Source: Mobula hypostoma (taxonomy: Eukaryota). Taken from it: 64,000 nucleotides of DNA. The notes under the pieces were generated by a model, which was not told the DNA's origin, searched no databases, and saw only the letters and a list, made by a program, of their open reading frames with translations. The stretch covers positions 45,944,001 to 46,008,000 of the forward strand of contig NC_086097.1 of the NCBI RefSeq assembly GCF_963921235.1. The letters are read 5' to 3'. Made by a program: the position numbers and the translations under genes. Of the stretch, positions 50,951-63,420 are shown in pieces. Each line of letters starts with the position of its first letter. The stretch's first letter is position 1.

Positions 50951-53537
50951 CCCCTCTTTTAGGAGAGTCAATGGTAGAGATCACAAAGGAGAGTGGGGAG
51001 AAAAAACTTTACAGGAAGTCAATTTCTTTCGAGTAGGTGGAATCTGCTCATCTTTTGACTTGGAAACGAGGATATAGTAGGATTCATTCTTTTTACCTCC
51101 CAAGTTCCCAAACCTTTTGAAATGAAAAAAAATATCATTGCATTCAGTGGAGGAGACCCCTGGTGCAAAAAAGAAATGACAAACACACTAAAAAGAAAAA
51201 AAGTATAGTTATCGGTATTCCCTGTTCCCTCCAAGTTATTCCTCTTTACTGTTCTGTATTTGCTAAAGACATTTTGGTTGGGGATGTGGCCAATTTCACA
51301 TTGTAAAACATTATTTACATGCAGACAAAAATACCACATGATGGAAATCTGAATAAAGGCAGGTTAGTCAGCTTTGAGGAGAATACAGAGATTATTGTTT
51401 TAACAAAAGGACTGTACATGACAACATTAATCCCTCTTCTGGACCAGGTGTTTCTATGAGCCACAGATTTCCAGAACTTCCAGCTGCTCTAGGCTTTCAA
51501 TACTAACTGGGTAAACTAATATTGAAAATATGTGGAAAAACTAAGAATAGCTGTGGGTACTTCCTTTCTCAATTATACTTGAAGCTTTTCCTTTCCTCTT
51601 GGAACAATATCTAATAGACCTAATGTTGTCTGTAAATTGACTTTGTACCGCACCTGAAATGCAAATGGGGGGGGGGAGGTGTAAATGCTTGAACTGACAT
51701 TTAATTTAAAAGCTTTTTTTTTTGTTTTAAATATCTTTACATTCAAAGTATGCTTTCTTCTGAGTGTGAACACAAATATTGTGATGAACTTTTCATACCT
51801 GACTCAATTCCTTTCATTGACTTGTGGATATGTGAACAAGGCATGGCAGTGGCAGGATATGTGAATCCAAATATGCAAAAATTTTCCCTGTGAGCTGCCT
51901 CCTTCAAGGACTGCACTGACACATTACACTCCGTACAGTATTTGTTTATGTTGAGGAGAAGCATGTGACAAGTGGTCTTAGGAAAATCCCTGAACTAGGC
52001 TGAAGAAAGAATGATGGAGCTGCTTATCTGTTGGTGCTTGTTAAAGCAGCTGGTAGTAGGAGAGAGCAGGCACAGTTAGCAATTGGCTTTTGAGAACCTG
52101 AACTTCACAGCCTTGGCAGATCTTGAGGACCATGGTCATAGTTGCGTTGACCTATATTTGTGTTTGAGTGTGAAGATATGTATAATTAAATGAGTAACAG
52201 CATGCAGTGAGGACTAAAAGCTGAGGAATGTTTTGAACTGAAAGTTTTAGTGTGAAAATAAAAGTAATTATTGTTTTCTAAATGGGGGGGGGGGGTAGTT
52301 CATTTGTTTTCTTAGCTTTATTTTTTCCTGGCTCTTCCTTATTGAAATTAGTGATCTTCACAAATACAAATAACCCTCTTCAATAACACTGCACCGTTCA
52401 GCAAGAATATTCCTTGGTCGTAGTTTCGACTGTTTGGTTCTTGTCATGTTGAGTTATTGTTATGGGCACAAGTAGAGTGAGGTATGAATACCATGGAAAA
52501 TGTTTCAGTGGCATCACAGGTATGTAGGTACAGACAACACACAGAATATAGATAAATTGTAGATTGTACAAGACACTGAAGAGAGAAAAGGCTGTGCAAA
52601 AACAAGACGTGAGTGCAAAAATAAAATGGAACACTATGGTCTATAGTGTTCCATTGCTCTGGTAGAGTTAGGACTCTGCAAGTCAGTTCAGAAGGCTGAT
52701 GATTGTCAGAAAGTAGCTATTGCTGAAACTGTGGTGTGGTACAAAAGGTCTTTCAACACTTGTGTCATGGAGGTCCACTCCCTATTTAGCATCTTTGCTG
52801 ATCTTAGATCTGATTAGGAGCACGAACAGGTTAAAACAAAGGTAGGGATCTGTTGCCATTTAGTTTGTGGAAAACAATACAGTATAGGCTTCATTTTAAG
52901 TGACTCAAAGTAGAAATAAAACTTTATGATTGGCATTAAATAGAATTGTTATATATAATAAGTTTCCAAGTAATTTTTAAAGATTTTACAGTTTGACATT
53001 TTATCTTAATATCTTGCATTTGAAGATGTTGCATTGTCACTGAAGGTACCTACCCCAGTGTTGCTGATAGTCCAACCGAAGTACCTGTGAATACTAATGC
53101 TCACTGGACACTGTTGTCAAATCCTGTGAATCTTGTTAGTGAGGAGATATGTAAAATGCTGCTTGAAACCAACGAACTCCAACCAGTTTTCACCAATCAA
53201 TGATAGTTGTCATTTATTCTTTGACCTCGAGTTTCTGGCATTGCCATGAACAAAGAAAATGATATTGATGAAACTCCTTTTAAAACCACAGGGAAGCCCA
53301 AAGTACTTTAGTGGCAAAGAATTAGTTTTTACATAACTGTAATCCAGGTCTCCTAATACAATGGAATGATGACCTGATGATCTGCTAAATGACATTGGTT
53401 CAAAGATGAGTTTAAAAATAGACAAGGTTCTCTGGTGTATGGCTGAGGTGTTACAAAGACTATGTTTACTCATCTTCAGGAGGAGAATGGGCCTTGGTTC
53501 AACATTTCACAAGAAAGACATCTCTCCTTCATAAGTA

Positions 53538-54300
53538 GCACACACAAAATGCTGGAGGAACTCAGCAAGCCAGGCAGCATCTATGGAAAAGAGTACAGTC
53601 GATGTTTTGGGCTGAGATCCTTCATCAGGACTGGAGAAATAAAGATGAGGGTTCAGATTAAGAAGGTGGGGGAGGGAAGGAAGAAACATAAGGTGATAAG
53701 GTGAAATCTGGAGTGAGGGGGGAAGGGTTGAAGTAAAGAGCTGGGAAGTTGGTGAAAGAGATACAGGGCTGGAGAAGGGGGAATGTGATAGAGGATAGAA
53801 GCCCATGGAAGAAAGAAAAGAGGGAGCAGCACCAGAGGGAGGTGATGGGCAGGTAAGGAGATAAGGTGAGGGAGGGGAATGGTGAAGGAGAGGGGCATTA
53901 TCTAATTTCTGGTAATGCTCCCCCTCTCCTTCACCATTCCCCATTCCCATTTCCCTCTCACCGTATCTCTTTACCTGCCCATCCCCTCCCACTTTTCTTT
54001 CTTCTGTGGCCTTCTGTCTTTTCCTATCAGATTTCCCCTTCTCTAGCCCTGTATCTTTCACCAATCAACTTCCCAACTTTTTACTTCACCCCCCTCCCAG
54101 TTTCACCTATCACCTTGTGTTTCTTCTTCCCCTCTTCCCCAGCCCCTCCACCTTCTAACTTTGACTCATCTTTGTATCTCCTGTCCTGATGAAAGGTCTC
54201 AGCCGAAAACATCAACTATACTCTTTTCCATAGATGCTGCCTGACCTGCTGAGTTCTTCCGGTATTTTGTGTGTGTTGCTGGGATTTTCCAGCCCCTGCT
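53538..54300. mobile_element. Inverted pair of PLE termini, each with a decayed hammerhead (53596-53634 minus, 54181-54217 plus)
   Basis: Left arm is the reverse complement of the right arm around ~53905 (ggggaatggtgaaggagaggggcatta / taatgctcccctctccttcaccattcccc). Confidence 0.85.
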
Positions 54301-55197
54301 ATGTTGAGCTCAATGCTGAATGGCAACTCCTATGACATTGCTGGTGCCAAACTCCATTAGTCTCTGCTGTTCCTTTGGACTGGTTAGCTGCATGGAGAGA
54401 GGGAGCTTGCTACATGGGCAACAGCTTGCTCTCAACACTGTACTGGCCTGCGTCTCACATCGGCAGCTGGATGCATGGTTGACCCCAACCAATGGAGGGC
54501 CCTGGGATACACCATCTGGAGCCAGCTGTTTATTTACACGTGTAATTCTGAGCCCAAGTTCTAGTTTTACTCTGATCATGGTTGCAGGAATCCAAGAAAA
54601 TTACTTTGAGAAGTACAGGAGCTTGGGAGCAGAGGGGAAAAAATACTGCAATAAATTTGTTCTTAATTATAATGCAGGATCCTTGGTGGAATGTGTATGT
54701 CTGTGGATTCTGGAGCATGGTCAGGATGTGATACTTTTCCATATTAGTAAGTAAAGCTTTTCTAAGTTTAGCTGATCAGAAATTGAGTTGAGATGGTAGA
54801 AAAGCGCATGTGGAACTTTAACCCGATGTGAGTCATTAGCTTCAGGTGAGACCATTCACAGGAAATAAACACTCAGTAACATCATTTCAGAAGCACTTCA
54901 GATATTCAGTTTGAACAAAAAAGCTGAGAGTCGTCGGATGTACAGTATAATTTGCCATTTAATCATTGCTTTCCATTCCTTCCTTTCCGTGCTCTTTTCT
55001 GTTTGTCATTCAGTAAAGTATAATAATACTGGAAAACACTTGAAGCCTAAAAATATTTTTTACTATGACGTACAGCATTTTCATATTGATACAGACCTTA
55101 AAAACAATTTTACAAGGTGCTTTTTTAAAAAAAAAAGTCAGCTCTCCCCTTGTGCATTAGTAGGACTAATGTCTGTTGGAAATGTGGGTGATGATTA

Positions 55198-55478
55198 CTG
55201 GTGTAGCACAGTAGCGTAGTGGTTAGCACAGCACTTTACAGTACAGGTGACCTGGATTCAGTTCCCACCGCTGCTTGAACGTTCTCCCTGTGACCATGTG
55301 GATTTCCTCTGAGTGCTCTGGTTTCCTCCCACAGTCTAAGGATGTATTGGTTTAGGTTAATTGGTCATTGTAAAATGTCCCGTGATTAGGCTAGGGTTAA
55401 ATCGGGGTACTGCTGGGTAGTGTGTCTTGAAGGTCTGAAAGGGCCCACTCCGTGCTGAATCTCAGTATAAAAAAAAGG
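55198..55478 (+). mobile_element. V-SINE/HE1-like tRNA-derived SINE
   Basis: A-box gtagcgtagtggttag, B-box-like ggattcagttccc, V-domain-like tggatttcctctgagtgctctggtttcctcccacagtc, A-rich tail. Confidence 0.8.
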
Positions 55479-56340
55479 GTATATATTTTCCAAAAATAAT
55501 ATTTTTAAACTAATCTACAGGTGGGATGACAAATGAGTGACTTTAGGTTAGTGGCTTTCAGAATAATATAGTAGTAAATGTAAATTATTTATTAAAGAGA
55601 GAAAATTATACAGATCTATTTCATGGGAAGTTTAGCTCATAATAATGAAAATAAAATAAATGACTGCTCATGGTATTTCTAAAGCGACTTTGGACTCAAT
55701 GGCAGAAAGTAGTTTTTAGTGTGAAATCAAATTGCATAACGATCATTATTTAATTAAAATTATTTTGATTAATAATAATATAAACAATTTGCAGTTAACC
55801 AGAGCTTGGCTGAATGACATACTTCCTGGGAAGTCATAGCCCATAGACTGACATTCTGTGTTTTTTTTAATTCATCCTAATAACATCAGTAAAGAAGCTT
55901 GGAGAAAAGAAGTGTTTCTGTGCAATGGCTTATTAACTACATTTGCGTAGTTATTACATTCTTAGATTCAGGGCTGCTGAGGATGGGGGAGTTTTTGTGA
56001 ATTTGTAGTTGGAGTTATTAAAATCAAAAATTAAAAAATAAACTCAATAGGAATTGGATATCTGAAATAAAGTGCTGAAAATATTCAGCAGGTCAGGTAG
56101 TATATGTTGAGGGAGAAACAGAATTAATGTTTCAGGTTAATTAGAATTGGAAAGATTTTCTTTCCCTTTTCCAATGTAGAGCCTTCATGCTGGAATTGTA
56201 TGTATTTATTCTCTACTGTTACAGTTCCTGGTTTTGAATGATCCTAACAGAATGCAATAACTGACAATGGCTCAGTAAGTAGATGGTCAGTTATATAGTG
56301 AAAAGGGCTTGTTTGTAAAAACCCATAGTTGATTTAGCTA

Positions 56341-57140
56341 TAAACACAGAGTCTGCAGATGATGAAAATCCAGAGTGTGCGCGCACAAAGTGCTGGAGGA
56401 ACTCAACAGGTCAGGCAGCATCTATGAAAGTGAATTAACAGCCGATGTCTTGGGCCAAGACCCTTAATTAGGACTGGAACGAAGGGAGAAGCAGCCAGAA
56501 TAAGAAAGTGGAGTGAAGAGAAGGAATACAAGCTAGAAGGTGATGGATGAAGCCAGGTGGATGGGGGAGGAAATAAGGAGCCGGGAGGTGGGAAAGGTAA
56601 AGGGAAGAAGTGTGATGGGAGAAGAGAGTGGACCATGGGAGAAAGGGAAGGAGGATGCGACATCAGCGGGAGGTGATAGACATGTCGATTCATGGCCACC
56701 TCTGCTGTCATGATGGAGGAGCAACACTTCTTTTCTGTCTGGATAGCTTCCAATCTGGTGGCACGAGCATAGGTTTCCCTAACCCCTAACCTCTAACCCT
56801 CTCCCTTCCCTCCTCCATTTCCCACTCTGGCTCCCCTCTCACCTCTCCTCTCCTTACTTGCCTGTCACTTTCCTGTGGTGCCACTTCTCCTTCCTGTTCC
56901 CCCGTGGCCCACTACCTGTCAGCTCCCAGCTTCTTATCTCCTCTCCCACTCACTTGGTTTCACCTATGACCCTCTAGCTTGTACTCTTTCCCCTCCCCCC
57001 CCACCTCCTCATTCTTGCTTTTTCCCACTTCCTTTCCAGTGCTGAGGAAGGGTGGCGGTCTGAAACGTTGACTGTTCATTCAGTTCCATTGATGCTGCCT
57101 GTCCTGCTGAGTTCCTCCAGTATTTTCTATGTGTTGATTT
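56341..57140. mobile_element. Inverted pair of PLE termini (minus arm 56341-56680, plus arm 56681-57140), hammerhead remnants at ~56438-56476 and 57037-57074
   Basis: Plus arm starts in the ORF end (DMSIHGHLCCHD..EEQHF) and carries CTGAGGA-AGGGTGGCGGTCT-GAAAC-GTT-GACTG. Confidence 0.8.
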
Positions 57141-57234
57141 GGCTATGGTGTAAATGCCATTGGCACAGCTGGACTTAGCATTGACAAGAGGCGTGAATTT
57201 CAAATGTGGTTGCCCCTTCTTATCGAAATGTCTT

Positions 57235-57262
57235 TGTGTGTGTGTGAGAGAGAGAGAGAGAG
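57235..57262. repeat. Compound (TG)n(AG)n microsatellite
   Basis: Seen directly. Confidence 0.85.
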
Positions 57263-58275
57263 ATCTGAATAACAGAAAATTGTAAAAATACATGAGTTGT
57301 TACCTGAGGAAAGAAGTGACAATATCATTCATGGGGAAAGACATGAGAGCTACACCATTCTTTGGAGTATTACTACTTTATGAGTTAACAAGGATTTCCA
57401 TCAAATAGCATCATGGCCCTAAATCCCATATCAATGCTCTGGTGTGGTAAGTCTCCAGTGAGATCATGTTTGAATAAAGCATTGACTTCTGGTTTTGGAA
57501 AATGTATTCACATGCTGCAAATATTAGGAATACAAATCATAAAACATTTATGGCACAAAGGAGGCAATTCAGTCCTTCACATCTGTGCTGAACAACAAAA
57601 AAAAAGCTAAGCTAGTTAATCCTGGCTTCAGCCACACAGTGTCTGGCACTGCTGTTCTTCAGTACACATCAAGCATATATAAAATTTGATCATAATGTCT
57701 AACTTTGCCAATCTTCCAGGAGGCAAGCCCCAGACCCTTACCATCTGGATGGAATCGCTTTCTTCATCTCCCTTGTAATCTTCATCCTAGTTACTTTACA
57801 TCAGTCCCCTCCTCCTCTCATGGCTCTTCTGCGCCTTTCCTTGCTATGTCCTTCAGATGCACTCATAATTTTTAAATTTGATTTTGAATGCTCAAGTTTT
57901 ATTCTGAACTTCTTAATATTTTAAAGTAAATGCAGATCTGCAGTCACCACAGTGGTAATGGATGGATCCTATTGGAATAGGAGCTGCAAAGTAAAATCGA
58001 CTTTCTTCATTTTTCTCAAGTATTCCTTTTTGATGGAAGTTCAAATAATGTGCTTGCCAAATACTGATTAGAAATGTTTTCCATCATATTTTAATCACGC
58101 CAACATTTTGAACAGAGTATCTTATTGTTGTATTACAGCAGTTGTTGGTATAAATTCACTGTAGTGATGAAACTAGTTTTTAGTCAATGCCTATAGGTGC
58201 TCTCAGCCAAAGGCACATTTTGAATCCATTGGTGAAGAGAAATGTAGCTTAAGAAGCAACAGGATTGCACAATGT

Positions 58276-58333
58276 AACACACATCAAAGTTGCTGGTGAA
58301 CGCAGCAGGCCAGGCAGCATTTCTAGGAAGAAG
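58276..58333 (-). mobile_element. Very short PLE tail insertion lacking the hammerhead
   Basis: acacacatcaaagttgctggtgaacgcagcaggccaggcagcatttctaggaaga flanked by duplicated GGATTGCACAATGTA (58262-58276 and 58342-58356). Confidence 0.8.
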
Positions 58334-61257
58334 TACATTGTGGATTGCACAATGTATAGTGCTGTAGGAAGTGCATATTTTAAGACACACTTTAAAGCTA
58401 AGAACGGATGACGGCAGTTGTAAAAGAATTGGGGAAAGTGATTTTGGTTGCGTGGGTTACAAATGAAGAACAACTGAAAATGTTGGAACCACGGGTCAGG
58501 TGGCATCTAAGGGAAAAGAAACATACAGATGTGACTTGACCTCCTGGGTGTTTCCAGCATTTTCTGTTTTTATTTTAGCTTTCCAACATCTGTAGTTGGA
58601 AATGTAAAGAAATTTGGAAACTTTTTTGTTTGTTTCCATTTGTTCTTTGAATATATTTGGTGGTGCCAAAGAAAAAACCAAGGATGAATTTAGGGAAGTT
58701 GTTTGTGCTTAGAAGCTGGTGGTATTGTTGCGAGCAGGAATGATTTGTGAATGGAACCTCATGAGGCATAGGGTGAGGCTGACAGATGAGGAGTTGAATT
58801 TTCTGTAACAGGCGAGGGAGATTCAAAGAAAGCATCGTGACACCCTGGTGAGAAGCGTGTTTGGTAAGGATGAGGTATGGATGGAACTGAGCTTGTTTTA
58901 TTTGAAAATGTGCTCCGCATCTGTCAGGTAAACCACAATTTTTTAATACAAGGCCATCCGGCCCATAACATCCACACTGGCTCAATGCAAGGGCATTTCA
59001 GCTCGATCTACTCCCCTGCCCTATCCCTGGAGCTCTGAATTTATTCCTTTCAGGTATTTATCCAGCCTCTTAATGCTACATTTCAATCTGCTTTTACTAA
59101 TACCCCTGAGGGGTTGGGGGGGGAGACATTATCTTTCTCATGCTGGGTTTCTGCAGGTATGTAAGCAGAAAAATAGAATCAGAAGCAAGGATAAAGTGTA
59201 TTTTGGAAGCGGAGAACAGGTGTTCAACAATGAGACAGGGAAACCAGGTGGTTAGATTTTTTTTGAAAGGGCAACTTTGAGCTACAGGTCTGTCTTCTCA
59301 TTGATGGGAGGGTGCCGACAATTTTGAGCTATAATTTAAATACTTTGTAGTATGTCAACTAATTTCTCAGCCTACTATCATGAGCTTGGTTTGAACTGGA
59401 GGAAACATGGCAGTTTAAAAAATGCACCAGCCACTATGTGCTTGGAAGGAAATATTTGCAGCTTGCTTTTGTTCCCTTTAAAATTATGCTGCATGCAAGC
59501 CTTCTCAGAAAATAAGAATCTATGCTTGAATGACCAGGGCTTGGTGTATCCATGCATCTCTACAGCTTCTATTCTTTCAAAAATGGGTGGAGGAATTTTA
59601 CTTTTTCTACCTTTTTCTTCCAAGGTCATTGGTGATCATGAACCATACTGGCAAGCTGGTACACAATAGTTAACTAGTTTTTTTTTCATTTTGAATGTCT
59701 AGTGGCTAGATGGAGAAATCATATTAACTGAATTTGGCACATGGGCTTTATGCCTGTAGTTTCGATTGAGGAACTATATTTGGGATTTGAAAACTGGAAA
59801 TAGCTTGCAGAAAGATTCGAAGAACAGTGGTGGAGTAGCTGGAGAAGTTTTATTTCCTGGAACATAAGTTGCAAGGATATCTGATATTTAACATCATGAA
59901 TAAAGAGTTTGAGTTGTTTAAGAGAAATTGTTTCCATCAGTAAAGAGTTCAAGAATTGGGGGTTTAGGATGAAGGGGGGCTGCATAAGAAAAAACAGAAA
60001 TGAGATGATGAATATGTTTTACATTGCAAATTCTTTGAGTTTGGATTGTAGGATTGGGCTGCCTGTATTAGAAGTGAGACAGATTAATTTCCAGCATTTT
60101 AAATGAAACTGGGTCAATATTTGGAAATAAAAATAGGCTTTGGTGAGTGGGACTGACTGGATTGATTTTGCGGATCCAAATGACCTCTTTCCTCTGTCAC
60201 CAATCTGGATTATGTCTTCCCTAGGTTCCTTTCCTGTGAACTGTTTGTAACAAAAATAGTTATCAGGTCAGAAATGCATCGTGTACTGAGTTCTCAGGTG
60301 GCAGAAATTTGCAAATCCGTCTTACAAGTCTTACAAATGCTCTCTTGTATGTATGGGCTCTACATAAGTCAAGTGTTTGTAAGCTGGGGAAGATCTGTAC
60401 TGTGATTGCTTCATCAATTTCCTCAGCAAAAGATCATTAGTAGTTTGTGCATTCAGGGCAGAAATTTAGGTTTGTATATTCACAACAGAAATTTGGGAGT
60501 TTAAGAGTTTATTCATCAGTAGACTCCCATGTAAAAATTTAATTTTATTCAGTTTACATTATGGTTTTAATTGTTTGAACCAGTGTTATCTAATGAAGTT
60601 AAGCTTTTGGTATGTAATTACAGTTTTGTTTATAATTGTTCTGGAGCTTCATTAACATCCAAGAAGTCACCATGCTAAGGTTTTAAACACCATGCAAAGT
60701 TTTCCTTGAGAGAAAATAGGACTTTCTTGTGCACTCTGCCTAATATTTTCCCTTTTTAATTAAACATAAATTGACCATTTTTAAAAAAATAGCTGGATGT
60801 GTGTTGGGATTCCTTCCAACTCTCCACTAAAGTCAACACTAAGTGGAAGTTAACAAAACTGAGTAAAGCTGTGTTCATCCTGTGTGGCCTGCAAGTTGTT
60901 TTGAAACCACCACTGAAAAGTTAATGCATATTTTATATTTTGTCTTATGTATTTATAATAGGGTGATATTGCAAGGTGGGACCCTGAAGCAACTTCCATA
61001 ATCTTATTGAATGTATTGACCTGTTAGCTCAGATCAATGAGTTTCTTTGTTCTAATGTGATGAGATATGTTCAGGTTCTGCATCACTTTGTTCATTGTTT
61101 TGTTGAAATCATCCAAAAGGAAAAATAACAATCTACTGGGTGTGATTGAGACTCTCCTTTTGGAATGCTTTTCTTTGGTTTTCCGTCCCTTCGCTTTCCA
61201 CAGAAAACTCATGCAATTATTTACTTAATATCTTGTAGATAGCCATTAATTAGCCAA

Positions 61258-61430
61258 ATGAAAACACAAATGCTGGAAGCACTCTGCAGGTCAGGCAGCG
61301 TCCATGGAAGAGAAACTGAGGTAACATTTCGGATCAAGGGCTTCTGAAAGTGTCTTTGGCCTGCAACGTTAACTCTGTTTCTCTTTCCGGAGATGTTGCC
61401 TGACCTGCTGAATGTTTTCACCATTTTCTA
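61258..61430. mobile_element. Old palindromic mini-element built from two inverted PLE tails
   Basis: gcaggtcaggcagcgtccatggaagagaaac..gtaac / gttaac..gtttctctttccggagatgttgcctgacctgc. Confidence 0.7.
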
Positions 61431-61744
61431 TTTTTTTTTAAATTTAAGATTTTTGACTTTCAGCTATAATGCTTATGTCTGATTTCTTAAAATGGAGGGT
61501 TTATAATTTTTTTTAAAGCAGTGTTTCTTTGAATGTTTATGGACAAAAACACTTGATATAGCCCTAAGGCATCAAGGCCAACATTTTGCAGAGATGGCAA
61601 TGGTCAATAGTGTACCCACAGAGCATTAATTACAACTCTATTAGGAGGGAGAAAGAACTTCAATTCTATACTTGTTTGGTTCTCTCACAAATATTTCCAA
61701 TTCATTTGCACTGAATGTGTCCACCAGTTTCTTATCAGTTATAT

Positions 61745-62450
61745 CAGTTCCTACTGATTTCCCTCAACGTCGCAAAAACAAAGTAGCTGGTTACGGACAA
61801 AAGGAAGAATAGAGACAGGCTAACCTCTATTGACATCAATGGATCTGCTTTAAATTCCTCGGCATACACATCACTGAGGATCTCACGTGGTCTATATATA
61901 CCGGCTGTGTGGTGAAAAAAGTACAACAGCTCCTCTTTCGCCTCAAGACGGTTGAAGAAGTTTGGTACGGGACCCCAAATCCTCAGAACTTTCTATAGGA
62001 GCACAACTGAGAGCATCCTGACTGGCTGCATCACTGTACTTTCCTCAATTGCAGTACTCTGCAGAAAGTGGTGCGGACAGCCCAGTGCATCTGTAGATGT
62101 GAACTTCCCACTATTCAGGACATTTACAAAGACAGGTGTGTAAAAAGGGCCTGTAGGATCATTAGGGACCTGAGTCATCCCAACCACAAACTGTTCCAGC
62201 TGCTACCATCAGGGGACTGTACCACAGCATAAAAGCCAGGAACATCAGGCTCTGGGACAGCTTCTATCACCAGGCCATCAGACTGATTAAGTCACGCTGA
62301 TACAATTGTATTTCTAAGCTATATTAACTGTCCTGTTGTACATACTATTTATTATAAATTACTGTGAATTGCACATTTAGACAGACGTAACGTAAAGATT
62401 TTTACTCTTCGTATATGAAGGGTGTAAGTAATGAAGTCAATTCAATTCTT
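61745..62450 (+). mobile_element. Rex1-like LINE 3' fragment
   Basis: FKFLGIHITEDLTWS, LKKFGTGPQILRTFYRSTTESILTGCIT, LFQLLPSG, DSFYHQAIRLI. Confidence 0.85.
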
Positions 62451-62937
62451 TCATCGTAGACAGTAACCACATTAGCTATTATAAATATTATTTTTTTAAA
62501 TCAAGGATACTCAGAGTGGAAAGTTATTACGTGTATTTGGGGCATCGTACCTGAGCTTCCAAGACTGATAAATTGCCAAATAGTAGCAGTTTATTATTCT
62601 TAGCTAGAGGAAGACAACTCTTAAGGAACATTTACAAGAATTAGTATAAATAGAAAATGCTGAAAGATTTATTGATTGTTCTCGTTGAAAGAATTGTCAA
62701 GGGGCCTATCCAGTCCATGCCACCAGCTAGTCCCGATCTTGTTATTAACTAGCTCGAGAAAACTTTATAAGTATAGTGTTTTAAAATGATCAAGAATGGT
62801 ATGGCATCTTTAAAGAACTAACGAGCTTATCAATTATTGCTTTGTAATGTAGAAATATATTTATAAATGTTCTGCAGAGGCTTTGGGCAGCATGGCAGTG
62901 GAAATAAGGGAAATGTTCTGTAAACAGAAGCAGGCAT

Positions 62938-63420
62938 TATCATCAGAATCAGGTTTATTATCACTGGCATGTGACGTCAAATTTGTTATCTTAGCAGCAG
63001 CAGTTCAATGCAATACATAATCTAGCAGAGAAAAAAAATAAAAAAAATAATAAGTAAATCAATTACGGTATATGTATATTGAACAGATTAAAAAACGTGC
63101 AAAAACAGAAATGCTGTATATTTTAAAAAGTGAGGGGTAGTGTCCAAGGGTTCAATGTCCATTTAGGAATCGGATGGCAGAGGGAAGAAGCTGTTCCTGA
63201 ATCGCTGATTGTGTGCCTTCAGGCTTCTGTACCTCCTACCTGATGGTAACAGTGAGAAAAGGGCATGCCCTGGGTGCTGGAGGTCCTTAATAATGGATGC
63301 TGCCTTTCTGAGACACCGCTCCTTGGGTAAGGAGCTCCTTACCTTGCCTTATAAAGGTAGCTCCTTTGTAAGCTAGTACCCAAGATGGAGCTAACTAGAT
63401 TTACAACCTTCTGCAGCTTC
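62938..63420 (-). mobile_element. Rex1-like LINE 3' fragment
   Basis: Minus strand KAASIIKDLQHPGHALFSLLPSGRRYRSLKAHNQRFRNSF; tail (CTGATT)n. Confidence 0.85.

Noticed and set aside
56777..56800. CCCTAA-like repeats inside a PLE (telomere or telomerase link)
   Set aside because: Only about three imperfect 7-bp units at the normal ORF-end sequence (ttctctaac); local slippage explains it.
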